From: a virus
Taxonomy: Duplodnaviria > Caudoviricetes
Virus record (IMG/VR): IMGVR_UViG_3300027851_000027
Span: 1 to 63,688 of that record
Length of the DNA stretch: 63,688 nucleotides
Direction: 5' to 3' (one strand)
Position numbers and translations under genes: made by a program. A model generated the notes under the pieces. That model made no database searches. It saw only the letters and a list, made by a program, of their open reading frames with translations, and was not told the origin of the DNA. Positions 9,567-18,336 of the stretch are shown piece after piece (position 1 is the stretch's first letter; each line of letters begins with the position of its first letter).

Positions 9567-10868
9567 TCAGACGTTGCGCTTGCGCACCACGCTGTTGATG
9601 ACGGCCACACCGAAGTCGGTGGGCTCCAGATCGCCATCGGCGTTCGGCAGGCTCCAGCGGAGCTTTTCTTCCACGCCCATGATTTCGCCGGCCAGTTCGA
9701 GGTTGCGCTCGAAGTTGGTGCGGGCTTCCAGCAGCGAGTAGGTTTCCTCGCTGGTCTGGTTGCCACCGGAAACCACGGCCAGGGCTTGGGCGCCCAGGAA
9801 GATCGAGGTCGCCACCTGGTGGGTGGTGGACAGGCCTGCGGCCACGGTCACATCGGTCTCGGTGGCCGTCAGGCGGTTGGCCGAGGTGATGTGCTTGACC
9901 AGATCGCTCGCGTCGTGGCGGATGGCGTACTGCATCTTGCGGTGCAGGATGCCGTTCCAGAAGATCGGCGCGCCACTGAACAGCGGGTGCTTGCCCAGTT
10001 CGCCGTACTTCGCGCGCTGCATGGCTTCGGCTTCGAACTTGCGCAGGTTGCCGGTCGCCGTGGTGTCGGTCAGCAGAGCGTCCCAGGCCAGGGAGTCGTG
10101 GTACATCACGCCCTTGATCGGGTCATCGCCAGCGGCCGGGTCACCGGGGATCATGATCGGCGCCATGCGCACGGTCATTTCGTCCCAGATCGCAGCGAAC
10201 TCGTCCAGATGCGACAGCTTCAGGGCGTCGGTCGTGGCCACGGAAGCCAGTTGCGCGCCGCCTTGCGTCAGGCTGGAGCCGTTGACCACCCAGTGGCGGT
10301 TGTAGGTCGGTGCCTTGATGGCGTTGACCATCATGTCAGCGAACTCGGCATCGCTGGCCAGGGGCAGAACCCAGTCGGTGCCGTCCTGCTTGCCGCGAGC
10401 GCCGGCCAGGAGGGCCAGGCAACGCTGCCAGCGGAACGCCGGGATACCTCGCTTGAGCTGGGCCAGGGCATTCAGGCGCATGCTGTGGGGCGTGCGTTGC
10501 TGAGTCATGCGACCGCCAGCGGACACCGGGATGGTGGCCATATCGAGCGTGATGTCCTTGGAGCTGTACTTGAGCGCGGCGCCTTTGCCTTCGGCGTTGG
10601 TGTCACCCATCACCGGGCGCAGCTTGACAACGTGTGCGCAGTCGATCTGCACCACATCGCCAGGGCCTTTGCTCAGTTCATCGACGCGGACGATGGGCAT
10701 CTCGGTCGTGGACTGCTGCTTGAGCTTGCGCATCGCGCCGTCGTGGGTGGGCATCGGGCCGGTCAGGGCCGTCATGGGGGTTGGCTGGCGAACAGCCATG
10801 GCGGACAGTGCCTTCGAGAACTGCTTGTTCGCGAGTGCGGAGCCGCGGGGAACGGAAGTCTGGGACAT
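9567..10868 (-). CDS. Major capsid protein (N4-gp56/DUF4043-like)
   Basis: 433 aa; ELSKGPGD.V, AGGRMTQQRT, HPLFSG, GAQAL and DFGVAVI motifs. Confidence 0.9.
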   Translation of the reverse strand: MSQTSVPRGSALANKQFSKALSAMAVRQPTPMTALTGPMPTHDGAMRKLKQQSTTEMPIVRVDELSKGPGDVVQIDCAHVVKLRPVMGDTNAEGKGAALKYSSKDITLDMATIPVSAGGRMTQQRTPHSMRLNALAQLKRGIPAFRWQRCLALLAGARGKQDGTDWVLPLASDAEFADMMVNAIKAPTYNRHWVVNGSSLTQGGAQLASVATTDALKLSHLDEFAAIWDEMTVRMAPIMIPGDPAAGDDPIKGVMYHDSLAWDALLTDTTATGNLRKFEAEAMQRAKYGELGKHPLFSGAPIFWNGILHRKMQYAIRHDASDLVKHITSANRLTATETDVTVAAGLSTTHQVATSIFLGAQALAVVSGGNQTSEETYSLLEARTNFERNLELAGEIMGVEEKLRWSLPNADGDLEPTDFGVAVINSVVRKRNV

Positions 10869-10900
10869 GGAAAACTCCTAGATGGATGTGTCCCCTGCCT

Positions 10901-11815
10901 TCACTGCGTGGCCGACAAACTGGCGAGGACTTCCTCGTCGGTCATACGGCTGTAGTTCAGGGTCGGGGCGGATGCGGGTTGACCACCGCCGAAGTCGCTG
11001 ATGCTTTTCGGCCTAGCGGGCTTGAGCGCAGCAATGGCGGCGGCGGGATCGGTACGTGGTGCGGGTGGTGCCGCTGGATTGGGAGCAACGGGCTTCACAC
11101 CGAACGCGCGCTTGGTGCGTTCGACGGCTTCAGCGAAGCGTTCAAGAATCGGCTTTCCGGCCCAGTCGGGATCGACAAGCAGCGAGGCGTCGTAAGCGAT
11201 GGCGCGCTGCAGCTTGTCTTGTGCATCTGGGTCGTGCTGCCAGTTCAGGAGGTCCGGCACTTGGTCCACGAGTTCCTGCATTGCAGTGTTGAACTCGATG
11301 GGTTGAAACTCGGTGCTGGTGGTCGCTGGCTGCGGCACTGCGGCGCGCGTCTCGGCGATCTGCTTGGCGAGTTCCTGCTGTTTGACGTAGAGCTTGTACT
11401 GGGCCGGGAAATCGACTTGCATCGATGCCAGCTCTTCCGGGGTGAAGTCCTGCTCGCTGGCGGCAACGGGTACCGCCTTGCGCAGTTCTTCGATTTCCTG
11501 GCGCGCCTTTTCGAGTTCCGCCTTGGTCCGCGCCTCGGAGCGGCGTGCGGCGCGCAGTGCGGCCTTCACATCGCCTTGAGGATGTTCCGTGGCGGGTTTG
11601 TCGTCGGAGGGCTTCACATCGGACGGTGCCGGTGCGCTCGCGTCAGGCGTGACAACTGGTGCAGGGTCTGGCGTTGCCACTGGGGCGGCGTCGGCCGGTG
11701 CACCGTCTCCCGTGGCTGCATCGACGGCTTGCATCTCACCGTCGTCGTCGGCCAGGATGGCGCTCAGGATCTGTTGCTCTTCACTGTCAAACGTGGGGTG
11801 TGCGGATTCGTTCAC
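10901..11815 (-). CDS. Scaffolding protein
   Basis: Acidic Pro/Ala-rich N-terminus plus coiled coil, between portal and capsid; GTG start with aggag RBS. Confidence 0.75.
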   Translation of the reverse strand: MNESAHPTFDSEEQQILSAILADDDGEMQAVDAATGDGAPADAAPVATPDPAPVVTPDASAPAPSDVKPSDDKPATEHPQGDVKAALRAARRSEARTKAELEKARQEIEELRKAVPVAASEQDFTPEELASMQVDFPAQYKLYVKQQELAKQIAETRAAVPQPATTSTEFQPIEFNTAMQELVDQVPDLLNWQHDPDAQDKLQRAIAYDASLLVDPDWAGKPILERFAEAVERTKRAFGVKPVAPNPAAPPAPRTDPAAAIAALKPARPKSISDFGGGQPASAPTLNYSRMTDEEVLASLSATQ

Positions 11816-11958
11816 TGGTTGCTCCTGTCTCGTTTACGGTCGATCACCGAGCCTTGCGGCACCGTCCTGATCCACACCCGGCGCGTGGACGATTCGCTTC
11901 CGGGTGGCTTCCGCGGGGTACACATCCATGCAGTGCGGGGCTGCGGGATGGCGCAATG

Positions 11959-11985
11959 CAAAAAGCCCGCACTGGGCGGGCTCTT
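11959..11985 (-). terminator. Intrinsic terminator after portal
   Basis: Minus strand agcccgcccagtgcgggctttttg. Confidence 0.75.
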
Positions 11986-12005
11986 GCGATTGATGGGGGT
12001 GGATG

Positions 12006-14141
12006 TCAGGCTGCGGCTTCTGCCAGCACCTGTTCCAGAATCTGGTCTTCGTTGGCCGCGGCGTCGGCGCGTATGGCCTGCTCGGTCTTGGCCATGGTTT
12101 CGGCGACGTTCGCCTGAGGTTCGCCGGCTTCGATGCGCTGTTGGATCAACGCGGCGTTGGCCAGGGCCTGCTGTGCACTGGCCCGGTTGCGCTCAGCAGC
12201 GGACACCTGAACGTCCAGCGTGGCAGCGGCGAGTTGTTCCTGTTGCTCCATCTGAGCCTGCTGCATGCCTTGCTGCTGCTTCTCGGCGTTGGCCACGGCT
12301 TCCTTGTCGCTCGGGTCGGGCAGGCCGGACACCTTGCGCAAATCGGCGGCGACCTGTTCGCGGTTGTTGACGCTGGTCGATTCGATGTAGGCCGGGGCCA
12401 GCACAGCGATGGCCTGCGGGTTGTTTCCCAGCGCCTGGATGATCTGGGCAAGCTGCTGCTGGCTCTGCTGACGGTAAGCTGGGGTGTTCGGGACTTCGGC
12501 CAGCGAGGTCTTGATGTGGGCGTCACCGACCTGATTGACCGGCATGCCTTCTGGCGTCCAGTCGTTGAGCACCACCACGCGGCGGGTCTTGCCGGTGCCG
12601 ACCGGAACCTGTGTGCGCTCGCCCTTCAGGTCTTCCAGAATCTCGTCCACAGCCAGCTCGAACGCGATGCGGCGCGCATAGCTGTAGTTGTCGTTCATCT
12701 CTCCCATGGACTGCTCGCCCTGCTCGATCAGCATGGAGTTGGCAATCCCGGACTGCACCTGAGCGCTGCCCAGTTGGTTGGTGTAGCGGCCGGCCGTGGC
12801 CTGGATCAGTTCCTTGCTGTCGGCCATGATGGCGAACTGCTCGGGCTGCATCTGCAGGTCGTTGCGGATCTTGATGGCCGTCTGGTTGCGGTTCTGACGG
12901 TTCGGGTTCGTGATCGCCACGAAGTCCGGGCGCATGACGTTGGCGGCGATGTCGTCAATGGTGTTGAACTCGGTGTCCAGCGCATCGCTGTCCATCTCAA
13001 CCTGGCGGGCCTTGAGCATCCACTGAACGCGCAGTCGGCGCTCGTTGTATTCGTCCTGCGGCGCGATCATGCCTTCGATCAGGCCGTAAGGGCTTGAGTC
13101 CTCGTCGTCTCGGAAGGCGAAGAACGGGACATAGGGGAAGTGGCGCTTCGTCGTGCCTTCATCGATCAGTCGGTGCGGGCCGGCGTACAGCGCGCGGCGC
13201 ACCTGGCTGGTGATGCCCTTGGACAGCTTGACAAGACCGCGGGCAACTGCTTCGACGTGGCGCGGGTCCTTGGCGTCGTAGGGCACATTGCGCCCGCCCA
13301 GGTGCAGCACCACGACTTCAGCCGGCACACGGTACCAGACCTCGTACAGCCGGATCATCTTGCGCGCGCTGTCGAGCCAGTCCCATTTCTTGACGGTCAG
13401 GGCGAAGCGGGATTCGTTCTCATAGGCGCTGGCTAAGTCGTAGCTCTCGGGCTGGCCCAGATGCGATCCGTCGTCGTCCATGCCTTCTGACCAGCCGGAA
13501 ACGCTCTGACGCAGGATCGCGCGGTGTTCCGGCATCCCGGCTTCCACCTCATCCAGATCGACCATGCGCGAGCGAACCACCCAGCGGCAGCGGTGATCGA
13601 GCGTGACGCCCTTCTGACCGCGCCAGTCCCACCACATTTCATCAACCGGCACGGACTCAAAGCGGTACGGGTAGGCCAGCGGGTCGCTGCTGCGGCTCAC
13701 ATGGACCCAGCCAAGGCCCTTCTTCACCATCGAGGCGTAGGCTTCCGAGACGGCCATGTGGGCTCGTGTCTCGCGCTCCAGTTCCTTCAGCTTGTAGCTG
13801 GTGACTTCGGCCACGTCGGTGTGGCTGTCGTCGTCGGCTTCCACCTTCACGTCGGTTCGGCTCTTCGCTTCCTGGCCCAACACCGAGTTGATGACCGGGC
13901 GGATCAGGTTGATCGCGCGCTCTTCAAGGTCTTCCTGGCGGATGTTCCAGCGCTGGGTTTCGCTCAGTTGCTTGCCGTCGTAGTAGGCGTTGGCCAGCTT
14001 GGCGCGAAGCCTCCATTCAGGCTGCTCCATGCAGTCGCGGAGCATCCTTTCGAGGGCGAAAAGTGAGAACGCACCTTTCCCAGCGAAGTCGCGCGACGTG
14101 TCGCCGGAGCGGTCTTCGTAGGGGGTGGTTGGTTTCATCAA
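12006..14141 (-). CDS. Portal protein (P22/933W-type with long C-terminal barrel)
   Basis: 711 aa; YYDGKQL, INLIRP.IN.VLG.E, FPYVPF, YGLI..M..PQDEYN; Gln-rich tail. Confidence 0.9.
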   Translation of the reverse strand: MMKPTTPYEDRSGDTSRDFAGKGAFSLFALERMLRDCMEQPEWRLRAKLANAYYDGKQLSETQRWNIRQEDLEERAINLIRPVINSVLGQEAKSRTDVKVEADDDSHTDVAEVTSYKLKELERETRAHMAVSEAYASMVKKGLGWVHVSRSSDPLAYPYRFESVPVDEMWWDWRGQKGVTLDHRCRWVVRSRMVDLDEVEAGMPEHRAILRQSVSGWSEGMDDDGSHLGQPESYDLASAYENESRFALTVKKWDWLDSARKMIRLYEVWYRVPAEVVVLHLGGRNVPYDAKDPRHVEAVARGLVKLSKGITSQVRRALYAGPHRLIDEGTTKRHFPYVPFFAFRDDEDSSPYGLIEGMIAPQDEYNERRLRVQWMLKARQVEMDSDALDTEFNTIDDIAANVMRPDFVAITNPNRQNRNQTAIKIRNDLQMQPEQFAIMADSKELIQATAGRYTNQLGSAQVQSGIANSMLIEQGEQSMGEMNDNYSYARRIAFELAVDEILEDLKGERTQVPVGTGKTRRVVVLNDWTPEGMPVNQVGDAHIKTSLAEVPNTPAYRQQSQQQLAQIIQALGNNPQAIAVLAPAYIESTSVNNREQVAADLRKVSGLPDPSDKEAVANAEKQQQGMQQAQMEQQEQLAAATLDVQVSAAERNRASAQQALANAALIQQRIEAGEPQANVAETMAKTEQAIRADAAANEDQILEQVLAEAAA

Positions 14142-15625
14142 ATACCTCGTCTGCGTCGGAACGCTGCAGCGCTCGACTTGCTTTGTGTGAGTCCGCGCAT
14201 CTCGCGGTAGGCCTTTGCAACCTCTTCGGTGTCCGTCGAATGGACCGTGATCGCCGCAGTGCCTTCGCCGCCACCCAACATGAGGTATTGGCCGGCTTCC
14301 GCGCTGTGACTGAAAGAGTTCTTCTCAGGCACGTCGCGATAGCGCTCTTCGCCGGCAATCTGCATGCGGCGGAACTTATAGGCGCCCTGCATGGCCTTGC
14401 GGGTCACCTTGCAGTCGCTGTGGATCAGGAAGCCTGGTTCACCATCAATCAGCCGGCGCAGCGGGTTCGCCACAGCCTCGGTTCGGATCGCGAAGTCGTT
14501 CGTGTGCGCCGGCTCTGACTTGAGCCCGTTGGCCTCCAGAAGCTGGAACACTGTGCGCTCTTCGCTGTCGCCGACCTGGCGCTGATCGCCGGCCGGGTCG
14601 CCCGTGATGCGTCCAATCGTGAAGCCTTCCAGGCGCTCGCGGATGAAGTCCTTCAAGGCGTTGGCGAAGCGGATAACCCCGGTGTCGGTGGTCACCAGCT
14701 CATGCCGCCAGCGCCATTGCCCGTTCACCATGCGTTGACCGAAGATCGCGGCCGGCGTCAGACCGAAGTCCAGGCCGATGTGCACCGGCAGGCCTTTGAC
14801 CAGCTCGAAGTCCTTACAGTGCACCGAATCTCGATAGTCCGGGTAGACCGGCTTGCCATCGGCCACGAAGCCGTATTCGTTGGCCAGGTTGACCTTGATC
14901 CAGCTTTCCGACTTGCCCTGTGCTCCCTTGACGTAGTATCCCAGCGGCAGGTTCTGCACGTTCTCGGCCAGCGGGTTCAACTCCCACGGCGCATCGGCGC
15001 TCTTGCGGGTCAATCCGCCCGGCTGCTTCAGGAACAGCCAGCCCTCGGGTTTGAGTTCTTCGCTCAGGCGGTAGAGCCAGTGGTCGGTGTCGGGTGCATT
15101 GGTGTCTCCGAACATCCCGTACCACGTCGGGTTCATCGGGAATCGGCCGATCCGCAAGTCCACCATCTCCAAGATCGGGAACATCAGTTCCTTGACCTCG
15201 TTGAGCCATGCGAACGTGAGCTGCATGCCGCGCAGCTTCTTGACGTGATCCGGTCGGTCCAGCGCCAGGAAGATCATCTCGGCGTCAACCGTGGTGCCGT
15301 CGTCCAGCTTGAACTTGAGCCGATGGGTCGGAGGCTCCAGACCACCCTTGGAGAACTTCCCCAGGTCGCCGAACATCTCCAACCAATCCTTGATCGTCGT
15401 ACCGAACAGGTCCGGGTAGGTGTTCCGGATGGCCAGGCCACGAGTTCTTCGCACGCCTTCTGCGTCGGGCTCCTGATCCAGCATCACGCGGAAGCTCTTC
15501 CAGCAGCTCGCGTTCGTCTTGGACGATCCAAGCGGGCCGGTGATGATGGTCCGCTGCTCTTTGCTCAACAGGTAACGCTCAAGCGTCGGCCCCTGTGGCT
15601 TGTAGGCGTACTCGATTTCAGCCAT
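14138..15625 (-). CDS. terL: Terminase large subunit
   Basis: Walker A-like GPLGSSKT, Walker B AWLNE, coupling DTN, nuclease GLDFG and GDPAG; start at MAEIEY. Confidence 0.92.
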   Translation of the reverse strand: MAEIEYAYKPQGPTLERYLLSKEQRTIITGPLGSSKTNASCWKSFRVMLDQEPDAEGVRRTRGLAIRNTYPDLFGTTIKDWLEMFGDLGKFSKGGLEPPTHRLKFKLDDGTTVDAEMIFLALDRPDHVKKLRGMQLTFAWLNEVKELMFPILEMVDLRIGRFPMNPTWYGMFGDTNAPDTDHWLYRLSEELKPEGWLFLKQPGGLTRKSADAPWELNPLAENVQNLPLGYYVKGAQGKSESWIKVNLANEYGFVADGKPVYPDYRDSVHCKDFELVKGLPVHIGLDFGLTPAAIFGQRMVNGQWRWRHELVTTDTGVIRFANALKDFIRERLEGFTIGRITGDPAGDQRQVGDSEERTVFQLLEANGLKSEPAHTNDFAIRTEAVANPLRRLIDGEPGFLIHSDCKVTRKAMQGAYKFRRMQIAGEERYRDVPEKNSFSHSAEAGQYLMLGGGEGTAAITVHSTDTEEVAKAYREMRGLTQSKSSAAAFRRRRGI

Positions 15626-15732
15626 TTTCAGGCGTTTTGAATACTTGAGAATTACACGCACTGCCTATGCAATGGTGTTTTCCCGAGATTTCCGAGACCT
15701 GAACGGCGCGCACTGAACACATTGGTATCAAT

Positions 15733-16539
15733 TCACGCCTTGCCGGTGAAGTCTTTGACTCGGACGGTCGGCATCGTCAGCTCGATCTTGTCGTTGTACA
15801 GACCCATGTGCCGGAACATCTTGTCCATGGCCGAACTCTTGTCGTGAAGCTTGACCTCAAGGCCATCCTTCGTCTCTTTGATGCCGGCGAACAGGCTGGC
15901 TGCGGCCTTACTGACCTTGCTGGTGTCCTTGAACACTGTGCGGCCAACGCCTTCGCCGAAGCATTCAGGGCATTCAGGGTTCGCTTCCAGCCGCTTGTCG
16001 TAGCCGATTCCGCCCTGCGGATCGAACTCACCGGGAACAGGCTTGCCGTCCTCAATGGCCTTCTCGCACCTGTCGGAGTAATCCGCCTCGTAGCGCTCAA
16101 ACTCGCCGGCTGTGCGCTGGTAGCGGTGATCCTTGCCCCAGCAGTGCCTGCAGCAGCCGACGCGGTATTCCATGAACTCGCGCGGGTCGGCGGTCATGAT
16201 CGCCCAAGCCTCCCGCAAAGTAGCTTCTGCCGATACTTGTGCCGCTTCAATGGCCGGTTTCCTCAAAGCCGTGATACGTGCTGCAATCTTGCTGTCATCA
16301 ATCAGGTCTTTCGCCCTGCGATTGATCGTGGCTGTATTGCTCTTGGATGCGTCGTATGCCCTGCGATAAGCCTCGCTTGCGTTCCCTGTTTCAAGGTACG
16401 CGATGCAGAACGCTTCCTGCTTTGGCGTGAGCGTCGATGGAGCGGGTGCTGATGCCTGCGGCTTGGCCTTTGTCGAACGTGAAGGCTTGGTTCTGCTTAA
16501 TTTTTGAGCAGAAGCCAGTTTCGCAGCCAGTTTTGACAT
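15733..16539 (-). CDS. terS: Terminase small subunit
   Basis: LTPKQEAFC..YL...NASEAYRRAY HTH; CCRHCWG...CPECFGEG zinc insert. Confidence 0.9.
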   Translation of the reverse strand: MSKLAAKLASAQKLSRTKPSRSTKAKPQASAPAPSTLTPKQEAFCIAYLETGNASEAYRRAYDASKSNTATINRRAKDLIDDSKIAARITALRKPAIEAAQVSAEATLREAWAIMTADPREFMEYRVGCCRHCWGKDHRYQRTAGEFERYEADYSDRCEKAIEDGKPVPGEFDPQGGIGYDKRLEANPECPECFGEGVGRTVFKDTSKVSKAAASLFAGIKETKDGLEVKLHDKSSAMDKMFRHMGLYNDKIELTMPTVRVKDFTGKA

Positions 16540-16540
16540 C

Positions 16541-16945
16541 TCAGAACGCGGCGATGCGCTCGGCCAGGACGGAGCTGAGTTGGCGCTGCAGGTTCAACTG
16601 GCGGACCAGGCGGTGCTGTTCGGCGAGGTCGAGCGAGCGGAAGGTGTCCGAGCCGGTGAAGGCGTGCAGGCGATCGATGTTACCTTCCAGATCAAGGCGC
16701 TCGGCGATGACTCGCATCTGGTGCAGCGGCTTTTCAGTTGCATCGAGCACCTTGACGGCGTTCTCTTCAAGGAACGTCATCTTCCTTCCGCTGCGCTTGC
16801 TGCAGACGTGAAGGCGGTGGAACTCCACTCCATCAACGCTGTCATTCTCCACGTCTTGCACAACGAATTTTCCCCATCCTGGCTCTCCTTTGAACTCGAC
16901 GGTATCGCCGACTTCGAACCGGCTGGCTTCGATGGTTTCGCTCAT
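16541..16945 (-). CDS. KOW/SH3-like domain fused to crAss001_48-like helical hairpin; candidate anti-defence protein
   Basis: C-half HQMRVIAER..L...I..L..F....F..L...EQ..L..Q.......VL.ERIAAF. Confidence 0.65.
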   Translation of the reverse strand: MSETIEASRFEVGDTVEFKGEPGWGKFVVQDVENDSVDGVEFHRLHVCSKRSGRKMTFLEENAVKVLDATEKPLHQMRVIAERLDLEGNIDRLHAFTGSDTFRSLDLAEQHRLVRQLNLQRQLSSVLAERIAAF

Positions 16946-16964
16946 GGCTCAGACCTCTGGGTGT

Positions 16965-17005
16965 AAAAAAGCGCCCGGGTCCGGGTGGTCCGGTATCCGG
17001 GCGCT
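16965..17005 (-). terminator. Intrinsic terminator ending the late leader
   Basis: Minus strand agcgcccgg...cccgggcgct followed by T run. Confidence 0.75.
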
Positions 17006-17245
17006 GTGAAGGGCTGCGCGTGAAAAAGCCTGTGAAAGCCACGCAACCAGGAGACTCTGTTCAGGGCAGGCCCGCCACGGCGACCGGGGGATTGGTTACC
17101 GGTGTTGACCGTGGCGGGTTCTGCTGGGGTGCCGGGGGTTTGCGCACCTCGGCGATTGGGCCGATTGGACCCGGCTGGCGCCCAGCCTTGCCTTTCCGCA
17201 TTCCTCTGAGCAAGGGCGGATCAGTTTGTGCTGCTGGGGTTTGAA

Positions 17246-17321
17246 TGGCGGGCCGAGGTGGAATCGAACCACCAACCTTCGGTTTTGGAGACCGACGCTC
17301 TGCCAGTTGAGCTACCGACAC
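17246..17321 (-). tRNA. tRNA-Trp (CCA) with encoded 3' CCA
   Basis: 76 nt; D arm TAGCTCAACTGGCAGAGC, anticodon loop CTCCAAA, T arm GGTGG-TTCGATT-CCACC, G73; U2.C71 mismatch. Confidence 0.93.
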
Positions 17322-17547
17322 ACGATGAATTCGGAATCCTCTGACCCCTACAGATAGACGGGGTTTACGAGGCGGCGGCTGGGGCGTGGTCTTCTGAGCG
17401 AGATCCTCACTCGGCGCCGTTGGCGCTTTGACATCATCCAGCCGGCTGTCACCGAAAGTTGGCGGGCCTGCGATCCTCGCGCGCGCTCGCTTAGGGCTGG
17501 TCGTGGGCGTCGATTGCCACGGTTCAGCTTGCTTTGGCCCAGAAACG

Positions 17548-17572
17548 GGAAAACCCGCACGGGGCGGGCTTC
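17548..17572 (-). terminator. Terminator-like hairpin within late leader
   Basis: Minus strand aagcccgc-cccgt-gcgggtttt. Confidence 0.55.
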
Positions 17573-17781
17573 TGTGATCTACCGGGTTTCGCCTTGCCAG
17601 TGCTGGAGTTTCCCGTGTCCTTCTTCGGGGATTGCTCCCCCGGCTGGCGTCGGCCTGATGGCCTTTCGTGTTATCTGGCTCCGGGCGCTTTCACCCAGAT
17701 GCGTTGTCAGGCTCTACCCTGCTCGGATGGTGGCCGGCTCTGTGGCCCCGACTCGTTGTTTTCGCAGACTACCGAAAAACA

Positions 17782-17894
17782 CCATCGCGACTGCGGGCTG
17801 CCACTGGCCAGTGCGCTACCGACGGTATCCCGGATCTGCCAGTGCCCCGGCATTCACACGTCCCGTTCTCGCTGCCAGCCCGCATGCGTGATGG
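17782..17894 (-). ncRNA. C4-antisense-like multibranch RNA
   Basis: Closing stem ccatcacgcatgcgggctg/cagcccgcagtcgcgatgg enclosing internal hairpins; family assignment from memory. Confidence 0.45.
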
Positions 17895-17997
17895 CCTTCG
17901 TTTGAAGGCGGCTGACCATCGAAGAGGACGGTTTACCGTCATCGCCTGGGGCCAGCTGTCAGTAGCGCGGAACGAATCAAGTGCTACCGGTGGCAGG

Positions 17998-18026
17998 ATT
18001 CTATGCGGTGCTGTTTTTTTGTGCAA
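17998..18026 (-). promoter_or_regulatory. Late promoter (pR'-like)
   Basis: TTGCAC-17 bp-TAGAAT downstream of Q-like gene, facing the late operon. Confidence 0.8.
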
Positions 18027-18336
18027 CTGGTTGTTTCTGCACGTCGCCAACCTCGTCCATCCACATCGCATCGGCTTCCAGGCCTTTGAACTTGTGGCTG
18101 GGTTTGTCTGGTGGCGTCAGGTGAATCCTAGGAAGCCTCTCAGCAGTTTCGTCTGGGATGATCTTGATCCCGAAGATGTTGTTGAACGGGCCGGTGGACT
18201 TTTCATGCCTGAACCTATCGCGCAGTTCGTTGATGTCGTCTGGGTGCATGCGTTGTTCTGTCTGGATCGGCGGCAGGGCGTCCATCGCCCGCTTTGCTTC
18301 GACCATCCGGGCCAGGATTTCGGTCGCGGTGCTCAT
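18001..18336 (-). CDS. Hypothetical protein
   Basis: 111 aa, ATGA-coupled; 3' end overlaps late promoter. Confidence 0.55.
   Translation of the reverse strand: MSTATEILARMVEAKRAMDALPPIQTEQRMHPDDINELRDRFRHEKSTGPFNNIFGIKIIPDETAERLPRIHLTPPDKPSHKFKGLEADAMWMDEVGDVQKQPVAQKNSTA

Larger units (their letters stand above)
16960..17991 (-). ncRNA. ~1-kb densely structured non-coding late leader containing tRNA-Trp
   Basis: No credible ORF; back-to-back stems, GNRA-type loops and multibranch folds. Confidence 0.55.

Noticed and set aside
2388-13097. Long + strand ORFs (2388..4013, 9504..10955, 10781..12370, 12003..13097) and similar ones at 25220, 49131 and 54660
   Set aside because: Antisense shadows of GC-rich genes; no motifs or RBS.
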